Below are positions 46,921 to 62,044 of a stretch of 64,000 nucleotides of DNA, piece after piece. Source of the stretch: the human T2T-CHM13v2.0 reference genome, Homo sapiens. The stretch lies in the NCBI RefSeq assembly GCF_009914755.1, contig NC_060927.1. The stretch is one strand, 5' to 3'. Within the stretch, counting starts at the first letter, position 1, and every line of letters begins with the position of its first letter. The position numbers were made by a program, and so were the translations under genes. The notes beneath the pieces were generated by a model that worked only from the letters and a program-made list of their open reading frames with translations, had not been told where the DNA came from and made no database searches.

Positions 46921-47109
46921 CTAAAGAAAATTGAAAAAACATAAAATTATCCTTAAGAAAAAGAAATTCAGACCCTGAGAGGTAATATATCTAAAGCAGC
47001 TCAGAATCCTGATCATTTCTTAAGAACATTTTTAAATGCAAAAAAATTTATGAGTCCTATTAGGTCCAAACCCCTTTACTGATTTCCTTAAGAATTACAT
47101 ACAATCTTT

Positions 47110-47425
<316 letters not shown>

Positions 47426-49706
47426 TTATATTCTGTTGTTACAGCTGACTAGTTGTGGTTATCATTAAAATGCTATGAAATACAACTAGGTCAATTAAAT
47501 GAAAGGCAGGAAAGTTTTCTAAACCAAATGAATATCTAAATGCATCATAATTTTTATTAGATAATGTTCTTCCAATTCAAGCTTTCAACATAACATGGAA
47601 AACTGTATTCTAAATTTCAAACTTCTTTATTTCTTATGTCAACATTTTCTGTCAAGGAGTTATCTACTAATAACAAATTATTTTACCTTAAAGAATTGAA
47701 GAAAACTGAACACTAAAACATCATAGCACTACTTCAGAAATAAGCTGACAAAACTCACATGAACAAAAGCCATCAAGTATTAAAGCCTTGTTCAACCTAA
47801 CTACTTCCTCCTGGTTTTTAAATGAACCTAGTTTTAACCCAACCAAAGTCTACAAAAGGAGCCTTTTACAACTCAGCAATTCCCTAGGTGTTCCAAACTT
47901 CATGATATTTCCTGAAATTTATTAATTATAAGGTGAACTATTAATTCTACATCTAGAGTAGTACCATTTTCTTTGATCTGTGAAATTCAGTATTTTCAGT
48001 TTAACAGTTTCATTCTTATCTTTACAGTTCTGAAACGCGGAAATACTGTATACTGAGTTCATGAAGATACTGGATGCACTTTCATTGACATTTCCCATTT
48101 AACTTTTAGATCATAAAAGAATCATGAGCTAGATGATGACATCTCAAGATCCTAAAATTGCTGACACTAAATTTTTTAACATAATTAACACTAGAAAGTA
48201 AGTTTCAAAAGAGCAGGGGCTTCTGTTTTATTTAGTGGTTAATCCCCAATACCTAGAACAGAACACCGCAACAGCAGGTTTTCCATTTAAGTGTTCTAAG
48301 AATGAATGAATACATGATAGACACAGTAATCACCCAGCTTAAACCTTGAAAATTTCTTTCATTCTACGGTCTCACCCGTCAAATCCTGATGATTTTTCCT
48401 TGGAGATGCTCCTTGTATCTGCCCTTTCTATGCCATTGCCTGAGCTCCTATGTTCACTCATATTCTCATCTCATGCCTCGATTTTAAGAATCCTCTTTCC
48501 CATCTTTCAGATTCCAGACTCTACCCCTTCAAACACACATTTTTTAATGCACTGCTTTCATGGAGTCTCTTCCCTGCATATGTTCTCAATGCTCTTTCTA
48601 CAGACTTGTTTCCATGCCTTTTTCCCTTCTCCATGTGACCTAGCCCACTATCAAGGTCTAGCTCCAGTCTTCATTCCTTCGGGAAGTTCTGGGCTGACTT
48701 TCCTAGTCTTCACGGTCCTTTACTATAATGCTGCCAAGAAGTGGAAAGGAAACTCAAAATGGGGAAAGTCCTCCCCATAACCTCTCCTGTTCAATTCCCA
48801 GAAGGAAAACTGGAGGCTTCAGGATGGGTAAGATACAGGGCCACTGAGTTGAGGGACCAAGATCTAAATTCCAATCTTAATGGCTCCAGAGGCTACCCAC
48901 TGTGCCATGCTACCTGTATGTTCTTGCCTCATCCAGTCTATATCACAACGTTTTTATTACTCAAGGACTTATTACTGACTTTAACCCCTAAGTAGGTAGT
49001 AAGTCTGAAAACAGAGTCCATACCTTTTTAAAAAATATTAACTTTGTGGCTTCCTCATATGCAGATACAATAAAGAATGAATGAAGAATGTCAATGAAAG
49101 CTCCACTGCTAGACTGACTGTGAAGAGAAACTAACACTTAGAAGGCCTAAAGCTACAAGATGTCAAGTTCATTTGGTTAAGGCAAGGTCAGTGCTATGGC
49201 TTATCAAAGTGGCACAGGTTAACTATGTCAAATGATTAGTGTGGATCACCCCAGCACAAGCCTATTTTAATTACAAACTAGGTAATGTTGAGAGCAGGGT
49301 TTGATGAAAGGAGGAGGAAATATAATCAAAATTTGCAGGCATGATGAAACCATGTTTGCCACACTAGCCATGTTACCCAAAGAATCAAGGAACAACTGAC
49401 CTGTAAGAATGTTTTGAAGTTTTAATTGCCACAGAGAAGACAAATGTCACAGTAAGCATAGGCCAACTAATTTCTTTCTTGCTTTCCTTCTCTCTCTCTT
49501 TTTAGAGGAAGGAGGGTGCAGAGGGAAGGAGTTAGTTTTAGAACTACTAAAAGTTTTAAATGTCAATCGTAAGTCTTTACTGGAAAAACGAACTATTCTC
49601 TTGTAACTTGAATAAGCTTCTCTGCTGTGTGACACCTCCAGAATACTCTCTCTCAAGATCCCACACTTTACTAATATAAACAGGTTAACAGAAAATGCAG
49701 GATTGG

Positions 49707-50020
<314 letters not shown>

Positions 50021-50415
50021 GAAAATGCAGGATTTGGAGAAAACCATTTGGCTAGAGCAAAGAGTTCATGTAAGGAAAAAAAGGAGAATAAGCAGATGAG
50101 TTTGGTAGAAATCAGACACTAACAAGGAGGAAGAGAAGAATGCACTTGGACAGACTGAGTGAGAACGTCTCTAAACTTAGGTGTGGGCAGTAGGAATAAA
50201 GGACCCTACTCCCGAGATCATAATGTAAAAAGGTATGGAGTTAAGGTCACATATTTAATGAGGATCCACAGCAGCCATTACCTGATAAAATTATACACAG
50301 CTTCACTTACCAGACATGCCTAAAGTGAGGCTGCCCTCTTGCTAAAGGCCACAGGCAAATTTAAATCTTCCAGCTATCACAAAAAAAATAAGAATAACAA
50401 TGAAAAGAAATGTCA

Positions 50416-50775
<360 letters not shown>

Positions 50776-50849
50776 TTACATTGTATTTGCATGTTCTGAT
50801 CCCTATTTTCTTAAAAAAAAAAAAAAAAAAAAAGACTAATACTCATTTA

Positions 50850-51179
<330 letters not shown>

Positions 51180-52845
51180 CTAGACATATATACCCAAATG
51201 ATATTAACAGTATCTGTCTCTACATCCACTGAGCAAATATGTGAGAGCCCATCATGCACCTGGCATTGTTCTACATGTGGGAGTACAGTTGTTTATTCTT
51301 TTCTATACTTTCCTCTATTTTCAAAATTGTCCACAAGAAACATTATTTGTTTAACAAAAATTAAGACATGTTCAACTACACAGCCAAACCCTGAAAAATT
51401 GACAAATGAAGGTTACAAATTTGAATTCACATTTTAAATTATATTTTTAAACAACTGAGAAGCAATATTTAGATTAATATTTAAAAATTATATTGCAAGG
51501 CAGTTTTGAAAGGGAAAGTTACATGCTCTCTTCACAAGCTGTGTTTTAACTGTAAGCCTTAAACTACTTTCATAGTATGTGATGTGACAAATATGGTAAA
51601 GATAACCAGGCTACTTGCAGTTGACAATCTAGAATAAAAAGTACATGAAAACTATTCTCCTCCCAACAATATGCATTGTTACTCTGAGGTCGTACTTGAT
51701 CTCTTTTGTTCCGACTATGTCACCGTAGATGACTACAGCATCACAGCCAGGAGACTCACCAAGCATGTGGCTGGGCTTTTTTTTTCAGTCTCTTTTGTAC
51801 TGACTGCTCTTTCTATCAGACCCTCAGCCACTTATCTAGCAGCTATGAGCAAAGGAAAAATCTGGCCCTCTTCCAGGCTGTCACATGGCCGGTGGCCAGA
51901 AGCCTATGGGGACTCAAAGTACACGGTTCCTGTGGGGATCTATCCAGTCGTGGGCTCATCATACACGATATGGGCATAAAAAAATGCTAAGGCCTAAGTC
52001 CAAGATAATCATTTCTGCTCAAAGGCACTGCAGGAAAGTGACCATTTTTAGGCAGTTCACTGCCTGGTTCAAAGCAGAAAAAAAAAACAGTGCCTTGCAC
52101 AGTAACCACGGTAACTATTTGCACCACAAAATGGCACTAACAGCTCTCTCCAGGACGTTAAATCCCAAGAGTTAGGGATTCTCTAGGATGGACTTGGCTG
52201 AGTAAGCCAACCCTATCCATGGAAGAATGACTCGAAGACCAAGAACTCTTGTTCACTCATGAAAGCAGTTTAACACTGTATCCTGGTATTACAAATGACA
52301 AGTGCCATGAATGTTTTACTTCGGGGAAAGACTAATGACAACACAGAGAAACGTAATGACAAGATAAAGAAAATATGGATGACAGTAATAAGTAGGTGGG
52401 TAGTAAATAGGATTTAACATATTCCCCAGCTTTCCTTTAAAGGGAAGGTAAACTAAGAACAATGTGATTTCCTGTCTGGACAGAAGTGGCATCTCAGGTT
52501 AATACATCTTAATACAAAGACAAGATTGAGCTGTTTTAAATAGAATCCCTTGGCTTCCTGAAATCCTCCTATTAGTAGAGCAGGGTTGGGAATAATCTTT
52601 CACTGACAGACCAGCTCATGGCTGGAGGCACTTAAGAAATGGTTTCCATCTCTAGGAGATGATCAGGGTAGTGGATGTTTTTGCTGGCTAAAAGCCAGCA
52701 TCGGAAAAACAATGTAAGTTGCTAATTCTATACAATAAGAGCTAAATTTCTTTTCAACTGCTGGTACATTACAGCTATGTGGCTGTGGTTTTCTGGGTAT
52801 CTATTCTGCCCTTTGAAGTTTTGAGTTACCCAAGACAAGAAGCCA

Positions 52846-52896
52846 ATTGCTTCTTGGCCTTCTGGCTAAGATCAAATGTCATATCTGTCCTTATCA
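52846..52896 (+). pseudogene. 3'-truncated, tailless U2 snRNA retropseudogene (first ~50 nt of U2)
   Basis: ATTGCTTCTTGGCCTTCTGGCTAAGATCAAATGTCATATCTGTCCTTATCA aligns to the U2 5' end ATCGCTTCTCGGCCTTTTGGCTAAGATCAAGTGTAGTATCTGTTCTTATCA. Flanked by TSD AAGACAAGA(A/G)GCCA at 52832-52845 and 52896-52909. Confidence 0.92.
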
Positions 52897-52923
52897 AGAC
52901 AAGAGGCCAAAATAAGTAAAGGG

Positions 52924-53050
52924 ACCAGGCCTGGTGGCTCACACCTATAATCCCAACACTATAGGAGGCGCCAATACAGGAGGATCACTTGAACCTGGGA
53001 GTCTGAGACCGGGCAACACAGTGGGACTCCATCTCTACAAAAAAAAAAAT
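52924..53050 (+). mobile_element. FLAM-like monomer
   Basis: Diverged single left arm. TSD ~AATAAGTAAAG. Confidence 0.75.
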
Positions 53051-53701
53051 AATAATAATTTTAAAACAATAAGTAAAGAAAAAAAGAGTGGTTATTCAAA
53101 ACACCTGAGGGAAAGCACTGCTTGGTCTTTATTTGTAAAATCATCTGAAAATAACAGCCAACATTACTATCATTTAAAATACAAAACTTAGTATAATAGA
53201 TACCTGGCTAGAAAATGGCTAGAATTCTGGGATTCTGATGAGACCATATTATCAAAACAGATATGAAGTATTTTAACACTAATTTTCATATGTCATTTGA
53301 CCATAAAAAGAGAGAAGGAAGAAAAATTCTGTCAAATTAATCTAAATTAAGAGAACCAAAGTGGGGTAATTTGCTTTAATACCAGGCCCTATCGGGAAGT
53401 AGAATAAAGTCAAATCCCTAGCAATTAACACAAACACGCACATTAAATTTAGCATTAAGAAGGCTTCTAGGTCTATGTGATTTTTTTATCCTCAAATTTC
53501 TCAGATGCCATTTAAGCTTCAATTTTTGACTTATATTAAGAAACACACCCTTGAAGCAATGAATTACTATTTTGAGCACAAACTTATAGTCCTATCCATT
53601 TAAAAAGTATTGTTATTAAAATTACATATATTATCTGTATACTCGCAAACAAAATTAACATGAAGCAAACATGTACTTTTTATATGTCCCCTTTGCCTGG
53701 A

Positions 53702-53747
53702 ATGTACAACCCTCAATTCAACTCATGTACAACCCTCAATTCAACTC
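53702..53747. repeat. Perfect 23-bp tandem duplication
   Basis: ATGTACAACCCTCAATTCAACTC, two copies. Confidence 0.95.
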
Positions 53748-53870
53748 ATAATTTACCATCTATCCAAGTCTCAAATCAGGCATTACTTTTTCTGGAAACA
53801 GGGTTCTAACTCTTCCCCCAGCTGGTTTAAGGTTCCCTCATATACCTGACATACCCCTCTATTACAGTAG

Positions 53871-54210
53871 TGCTACCATTTGAATGCACCCCACAAAAAG
53901 CATCTGTTGGGAAGTTAATCCCCAATGCAACAGTGTTGGAAGATGGGGCCTAATGAGAGGTATTTAGGTCATGAGGGCTCTACCCTCATGAATGTTAACG
54001 ACAATTAGGACTTCAAGCTGCCAGTTCAACCTCTTGCCTGCCTTCTCACCATGTGATACCCTCTGCCACGTTCTGATACAGCAAGAAGGCCCTCACCAGC
54101 CCCTTGATCTTGGATTTCACAGCCTCCAGAACCATGAGCCAATAATTTATGTTCTTTATAAACTACCCAGTCTGTGGTATTCTGTTACAGCAGCACGAAA
54201 CAGACGTTAA
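53871..54210 (+). mobile_element. MST (MaLR) solo LTR
   Basis: TTAATCCCCAATGCAACAGTGTTGG...GGTCATGAGGGCTCTACCCTCATGAATG...CAGCCTCCAGAACCATGAGCCAATAA. Confidence 0.85.
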
Positions 54211-54214
54211 GTAA

Positions 54215-54410
54215 TTAGGAGCTACCCACTTGCTCTGCACCAGATACTTCATATAATTACATGATTTAACCCTACGAGTTAGGTACTTTCTTCCTTGTTT
54301 CATAAATGAGAAAACTGAGGCTCAAGGATATGAAGCAGTTGGCCAAGATCACAGCTAGGAAGCAAGAATCAGAACTGGAAATAAGTTGTCTGACCCTCAA
54401 CCACTATGCA
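54215..54410 (-). mobile_element. MIR
   Basis: ATAAATGAGAAAACTGAGGCTCAAGG...GGCCAAGATCACAGCTAG. Confidence 0.7.
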
Positions 54411-57400
54411 ATAAATCCACTGTCAGTATTTATCACCATGTGTGATGAAGTCCTTGACAGGAAAGGACATGACTTTTCATCTTTCTTCCTTGGCCTAGAA
54501 CAATGTCCAGCAAATTGTATGATCCTGTTTAATAAACGCTGGTTGTTAATCCAGTCTGGAGTACAAAGAATCTAACTTTAAACACACCTAGTCAAATTGC
54601 TCAGTTAGCATGTACTAGTTATAACATCTCTGTGGTCTACAGATTTAAAGTTATTTGCATCATGACAAATGTGGCATATACAATTTGTTTACTCCTTCCC
54701 TAATTATATATTTCCCTGACAAGAAAAGAATGTAGCTGTACAAACTTTATTACATCACTGTACCACCATAAGTTCAAATAATAAATTTAACCCAAGGCTG
54801 CTTTTTGCCTTTTCTGCTCTAACAATCCCTGCAAGATGTGCCAGTTTGAAAGGACAGCCTTGACATTAACTCTGTCCTCTTTCTTAAGTAACTTGTCAAA
54901 ACAGTGATTGTTTCAGTTTAGAAATACATGACCAGATGTCATCAAAACTACATAATGGTAACATGACTAATTTCAATTTCTTCAGACAACTAAGAATGAG
55001 GCATCCAAGTTCAAGGTAGAACATTAAAAAAAAAAATCTCTGTCTACACAGTAAGGAGAAAAGTAGATTAAGAAGCTGAAGATGCATGGAAAAAAGCTCT
55101 TTGAAACAGCTGCAACCTAAACCTGAACTTTTAAAAAACCCATAGGCATAGAAAACTTCAAAATTTTGTGGGTAAAATTTTTATTCAATTTTTCCATCTT
55201 AAGAATTACAGTATGTATTTCAATGCCCTTTGTGGTTTTAATTAAAACAATTACACTTCATTTTTTTCCAACAGATACCACTTAATAGAGTTCTAATTCT
55301 TTGAAATTAGTTTTATTTCAAAATGAAAAAAACTAAAATTGCATGAGGTTGGAAAGAAGAAATAGGAGTATATAGGAAGAAAGACAACTGGATATCTCAA
55401 ATGGCTCATAAAAGGAAAAAACAAACCTAAACCTAATCCTACCACTGATGAATTTATTTTGGTGATCTCAAGTACTGATAAGTATGTCAAGGTAAAAAAG
55501 GAGAAAAACCAAACCATTTTGAAACCCTCACTGTGTTTCAGTGAATATGTTTGCTTTCTGCTAAATGGTCTGCACACTGGTAGAACTGAGCTATGCTTCT
55601 TTATATTTTAATCAATGGATAATAAATATAATTTAGTAAAGCTGATTAGATATTTATCTCTACATATAAGTTTAATTTATATGAAAAGGATGCATGAAAA
55701 TTTTGACTATGAAATTAAGATCTTAGAACTGTGTTCCCCAATTCTAAAAAGCCAAGGAAAGATCATTAAAAAGCTACACATAAATAATCTTATGCAGTTC
55801 TTAGCTAATTTCTCACGAAGTAAAAATGGTAACAATCCCAACAGTTCCACTGTGGACCAGCTGTGCAGCCCAGAGTTTGCTTTGCTTCTGGTACCACTTC
55901 TTAACCGTTCGGTACTTAATCTGAATCTGTTTCCACAGGGATAAATTGGAAGAAAAATTCTTAAGAATTGCTATGGAAATTAAATGAGACAACAAACATG
56001 TAAGTACTTTACATATGAAAAGGGAAGGAGGACAACGGGTAGTATGGATCAGCCCTGGCACTCCCATTACTGGTCCCTGCCCCACTACCTGTGAAGCACC
56101 TGCCCACATATTCCTTCCTCCTCGGTGCCGTGGCTAGCACTCTAGTTCAGACCATACTGTCTGTCCCCAGACTTCCTTGGGTCTAGGCAAGAATAGGTCT
56201 CCTCTCTTCTCCATGCCCACTAACCTCACCCTTCTCAATGACTCTATCCTAAGTGCTGCTGCCAGATGAATCTAATTTCATAAGCCTCTCACCGGCTCCA
56301 ATGCCAAACTCTTCAGTGGTTCCTCCCTGAATAAGACCCAAACTCATCAGCAAGCCATTGCAGGCTCCTTTCAGCCCGGTCCCAGCACACTGTTTCTACC
56401 TTTATCCTACCATTCCCCTTCACACCTCTGGCCTCCAGACAGATGGGAATTTGCCCTTTCTTGGACATGGAACTCTTTTATATTCCTTTTTCTGATTTTT
56501 TTGCCTTCTACTTTCTCAGGGAATACCGCTCCTCCACATCTTCTTTTCTAAATCCTACACATTCTTTAGTAACTACCATTATATATCACTCATTAGGTCT
56601 ATGCTGTTTGCTCCTTCCCTATTAATCCCTCCTCCCACTACTAACAAGCACTCTATCAGGGTCAGAGTGAGGTGTGGTACTGGAGGTACTGAAATCCTAT
56701 CACTCATCTCCTCCACCCTGACCAGGCTCTGGCTGACAAGAGTAACAATACAAAGTAGTCAAAAGAGAGGCAGGGGATCCACTTTTTTAAAAAAGCTTTC
56801 TGGTATTAACTACATTAGACAATGCGGGACATCTCTTACCTCCTTTGCCTGCCCCAATCTTAGAACCTGTATCAGGTTGAGACTCAGTCTCAAGCTAGGA
56901 CTGAAGGAGCAAAGACCTGGTGCAAGCCTTCACTGCAGCTAAAACTGGCAGGTCCAAGAGGGTATGAGAAAGACACGCTGGCACTTAGCTTGCTTTAGAG
57001 CAGAGACTGAAAACTGGGGGCCTCCCAGGCTGACCTGGGCTCTCAGACATGCTATGGCTCTTACAGTGTGATTTTACATTACTTTACTTCTTTGTTCATA
57101 CTTAAGCTTTAAAAAAATTTTAAAGATCATTTTACTTTCTACTTCTTTTTAAAACTGGCAATACTATATATTCACACAGCAACAGTAGGCTACAGTCGAG
57201 CCATGTATCTCTTCAGTTCACACAGGCCTCATTAGTCTCTATTTCCTTAAACCCTAGCATCCTTATTCATTTACCTGCTTGGCGAAGTAGGCATCTCAGT
57301 TTGCTTCTCCTAATGTACAGAAGCCTACTCTAATGTGAGCCAACTATATCAGCTAAGTCTCACCTTGTGGGAAGGCGAGAGAAAATAGCTGAAATGATCT

Positions 57401-57494
57401 ACTTCAATGCTGGCCACTATTTGGAATGGCAAGCAGCCAAAGACCTCGGCTCCCTACAAAAGGGCTCCCCTCCAACCTCCATGTACATACCTAA

Positions 57495-57785
57495 GGCAGA
57501 GGTGGTAAATTTTCTCTGTAAAGAGATAGAAAGTAAATATTTTGGCTTTGCAGGACAATCTCTGATGCACTTACTCAATTCTGTCATCTTACCGCAAAAG
57601 CAGCCATAGACAATATGTAAGTGAATGAGCCTGTGTTTCAATAAAACTTTATTTATGGACTCTAAAATGAGAATTTCAAATAATTTTCCCAAGTAACAAA
57701 ATATTATTTTTTTTCAACGATTTAAAAATGTAAAAAGCATTGTTAGCTCAAGGGCAATACAAGATGGATTTGGCCTGTGGATGGC
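57495..57785. mobile_element. MER58B-like hAT element
   Basis: TCTGTAAAG...AGTAAATATTTTGGCTTTGCAGG...AAAGCAGCCATAGACAATATGTAAGTGAATGAG...CAATAAAACTTTATTTATGGAC. Confidence 0.75.
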
Positions 57786-57794
57786 CATTAAGGT

Positions 57795-58153
<359 letters not shown>

Positions 58154-58165
58154 TAAACACTTATA

Positions 58166-58372
58166 TTTTGTTTTTGTTTTGAACTTTTAAGTTCAGAGGT
58201 ATGTGTGTCATGGTGGTTTACTGCACAGATCATCCCATCACCCAGGTATTAAGCCCAGTATCCACTAGCTGTTCTTCCTGATCCTCTCCCTCCTCCGGCA
58301 CCACCCCCCCACCCCGCCACCCTCCGAAAGGCCCCAATGGGTGTTGTTGCCCGTGTCCATGTGTTCTCATCA
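58166..58372 (-). mobile_element. 5'-truncated L1PA 3' end
   Basis: AACTTTTAAGTTCAG...CATCACCCAGGTATTAAGCC...GTCCATGTGTTCTCATCAT. TSD ~ATAAA(C/T)ACTTA(T/C)ATTTTG on both sides. Confidence 0.82.
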
Positions 58373-58592
58373 TAAATACTTACATTTTGTACCTTATCTT
58401 TTGACCTATCATTCCTATTACACAATAAACTCCCTAAGAGCTAAGACCAAGTCATAAATATCCTTGTAACTCTTCACCAATTCTGTTATACTCCCTTGCA
58501 CGGAGAATAGATTTGATTCATGTCTGCTGAATAAATAAATATCTGCCACTTGTTATTTTCCAACATTAACTTCTTACTTAAAGAAACTTTAA

Positions 58593-58750
58593 GTTGGGAT
58601 ATGGTGGCTCACACCTGTCAACCAGCACTTTGGGAGGCTGAGGCAGGAGGATAGCTTGAGCCCAAGAGTTTGAAGTTGCAATGAGCCATGATTATGCCAT
58701 ACTGTACCCCAGGCTGAGTGACAGAGTGAGACCTTGTCCCTAAAAAATAA
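58593..58750 (+). mobile_element. Alu monomer (FRAM-like)
   Basis: Single arm with A tail. Confidence 0.8.
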
Positions 58751-58780
58751 ATGAAACTCTAAATTACCTAAATATATACA

Positions 58781-59166
58781 TAATCAGGTGTTGCTTAATG
58801 ATTTGGATATGTTCTGAGAAATGCGTCATTAGGTAATTCTGTCATGTGAACGTCACAGAATGTACTTACACAAACCTAGATGGTAGAGTCCACTACACAC
58901 CTAGGCTATGGTATAGCCAGTATAGCATATGACTGTCCTGAATGCTGTAAGCAATTGTAACACAATGCTAAGTATTTTTGTATCTAAACATATCTAAGCA
59001 TAGAAAAGATACAGTATACTTCAGCTCTTTTCTGATTAAAAGAAAAACAAAAAAAAATTAATAAGAAAATAAAGACACAGTAATATCACAGTATTACAAT
59101 GTTATGGGACCACTGTTGTACATGTGGTCCATCACTGACTGAAAGTCGTTATGTGGTACATAATTG
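58781..59166 (-). mobile_element. Tigger3a, opposite orientation, carrying a small insertion
   Basis: TTCTGAGAAATGCGTCATTAGG...TACTTACACAAACCTAGATGGTA...TTATGGGACCAC is the reverse complement of the 30101 element. Confidence 0.82.
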
Positions 59167-62044
59167 TAATTCTTACATGTATTCCTGGTAAAACATAAAG
59201 TATTATTCAATTCACTTCATCAAGGCCTCAGTATTAATATACAATAGGACTTTGATTCACTAGGGTCAAATAGAAGGTTTTCTCTTTGTTCCCCCAAAGT
59301 TGTCTTAAATACATACAATTTTCTGCTGCTATTTTCTTATAGAAAGTTACTTCCATAAAAATTCAGATCCATAAAAATAATCTCAAAACTGACTTTAAAT
59401 TTATTTAAAGAGGCACTAATTATAGAAGTTTTTTTTAAGCCATACATTCAAACCATGTAACTAAGTTCTAGGGATTTCTACACTGCTCAGCTCAGAAACT
59501 GCTGAAATTAACAAAAATAAATAGTACAGAAAATATAGTGTAGATTTAAATTGTATGTAATATTTAAGAGGTCAGCTGACTTGAAGCCATCACCCATCAG
59601 TAAGCATTTCTATATAACTCCAGTTTTCAAAGAATACTAACATTTTAAAATATTTTAAGTGATATTTTTGAAGCCAAATAACCACAAGCTATTCATCATT
59701 TGTGGCAATTAAAAGGCAATTTATTATTTGTAAGCCATATGGGAAATGCTTCCCTCTATGGTGTATTTTAAGAGAACCAAGAATGTTTTATACAAATGTA
59801 ACCCAGAAATTACCATGAGAGCAATCTAAACATTTTCGGTGATTAACAATATTTAGAAGTATTAGGGGGAAAGAGATTCTATGGAGATGACTAGAACTTG
59901 ATATTCTTTCCTTTAATGTTTACGTTTATATATAATATCCTTCTATACAGAGTTATAAGTATAAACCCGCAAATGCTCTGAGGTTAAATAATACATATGA
60001 ATGGGAAGAATGTACTAATTTAGGAGACTGGGAACATAGACTTGTACTCCAAGGAAGAGACAAGAGTAAAAAGAATTCACTTTGCCTCATGGAAGGAGAA
60101 TCCGGAGTTCTCCCTTTCAAACATTCAGCAGCAGTTCATGATTTCCAGGAGTTAACTCCTGCTGTACTCTGAAGTTCTCTCCTTTCTTCGATAAGTTGGT
60201 ATGTAAAATGGTCAGCAAAAACAGGTACAAATGCTACTTCAGTATCTGACTTTAATTCCATGCTAGTTTCTGAGAGCACTATGATTGTTCTATTCTTAGA
60301 AACATTAACTGGTATGGGGAATTAAGCCAGAAAAAAAAAGTTCAAGAACAATTTAGAATAGGAGGAAGAAAACACAAGGAATTACAATCTCCCGGGTGAG
60401 GAGCAGGGAATTAAGCAATAATATTTAAAAAGTAGAGACATAAATTCCAGTGACCAGTTAACTCAGATAGGAAAGAAACTATCAACTAGTTTTAGAGGCT
60501 GTAGAGCAAATCTCAGCATCAGATAGCATATCGATTTTCCATCATCTAATTCCAACAAACACATTTTCATAGCAGAAACTACACTATCCCATGAACCTCC
60601 TCACATGGTTTACTCACAATGTTTACAACATTCCCTCCATCCTTCAAGTCCCAATTCAAATCTCACAGCCTCTATGAAAATTTCCCTGACCCCTAGTGAA
60701 ATGTGTCGTCTCTCTCTTTTTTGAACTACTTAATCCACATTTCTTGTAAGGCACTTACCACGGCTGACTATATATTTTATGTTACTGATGGACATCTTAG
60801 CTCCCTAGGTAGTGAACACGCTCCCCGGCTAGTGAACACGTCCCCAAATACAGCCCACACATCTAAATTATTTTTCTAGTGCTCTTTATATTTACAGGGT
60901 GCTTTGTATGGACTGGCTCCTGAGTAGGCATACATTCAAAATATGTGTTGAACAAATCAATGAATAAATGAACTCATCAAGCAATTAACAAGTACTTGAG
61001 GGTGTTAGGAAACTAGTAGGAGCTGAGAATTAGAGGTCAAATAAGGCAGAGGCTCCCACAGTAGGAAGTTACATGTCTTCAGTGACTTAAATGTAGGTCA
61101 GTTTCCCTGGCTTATATTTTCACTCTCCATATTTCTCTTTTGAGCTACTTATTACAAATGCAATTTTTCAAAAACCCTGGTAGTTGTGTAATTCTGTGCC
61201 CTGTGCCCCCATTAGAACTATTATATCTTCAGGATCCAGCTCAGCAGCCTCACATGGCAGGTTCTCAACAAATACTTGTTGAATAAATCTCAAAATAGTT
61301 TCATACAATGTATTTAAAGAGTAAAAATTAAAAGGCCTAACAATTCTTTAAAATGTCCAGAACTGGGAACTTACAGAAGTTAAATATAGATAAATGTCAA
61401 CACTGGAAAATGGCAGTGATTTCATCTTTTAGTTTTCGAGTTTGCAATATCTCCTCTACAATTCAATTTTTTTAAAAGTCATTTGCTAAACTGACTCTGG
61501 AATAAATAAAATGTAAATATTAAAAAGAAATTCACCTTTAAAGTCTCCTCCAAACTTGGAGCTCATACAATACACTTGCCAAACCTCAATGTTTTAAACA
61601 TCCATTATTCTTTTAAAAAATTGATCAGTCACAAGCCCTGTGCTTGGTACCATAGCTCTTCTTTCCTTTCTCATTGATTGTGTTATTTTATCTATGGAAG
61701 AGGTTAGTAAAGCAGTAATTTCTGAAAATTTGTTTATTGAGCCCAATTAATAATTGATAAGTAAGGGCTATTAATTACCTGAAGTAATACCTGGTTTTAA
61801 TTGGGGACAACAACTAAACTCCTGAAGGCTGTTTCTTGGGTTACTACCTGCTAGGTAGCTACTATTCATCAGACTTCACATGTTATTAGAAAGTAGGTTT
61901 CTATTAACCTTAAAAACAAAACAGCAAATAGAAAGAACAATTGTATACGTTTTTCTTAGCCAAAAAAATTTAGAAAACTGTCCAAATATTAATAGAAATC
62001 ATGTTTTCCACAAAATGGTGGATAAATTCAAATTTGAAACTTGG

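Noticed and set aside
59012-59031. Resemblance to the U7 snRNA 5' end (CAGCTCTTTT)
   Set aside because: Only ~10 nt match and no Sm site or 3' hairpin follows, so this is consistent with chance.
60146-60161. 16-bp perfect palindrome CAGGAGTTAACTCCTG
   Set aside because: About one palindrome with 8-bp arms is expected by chance in 64 kb.
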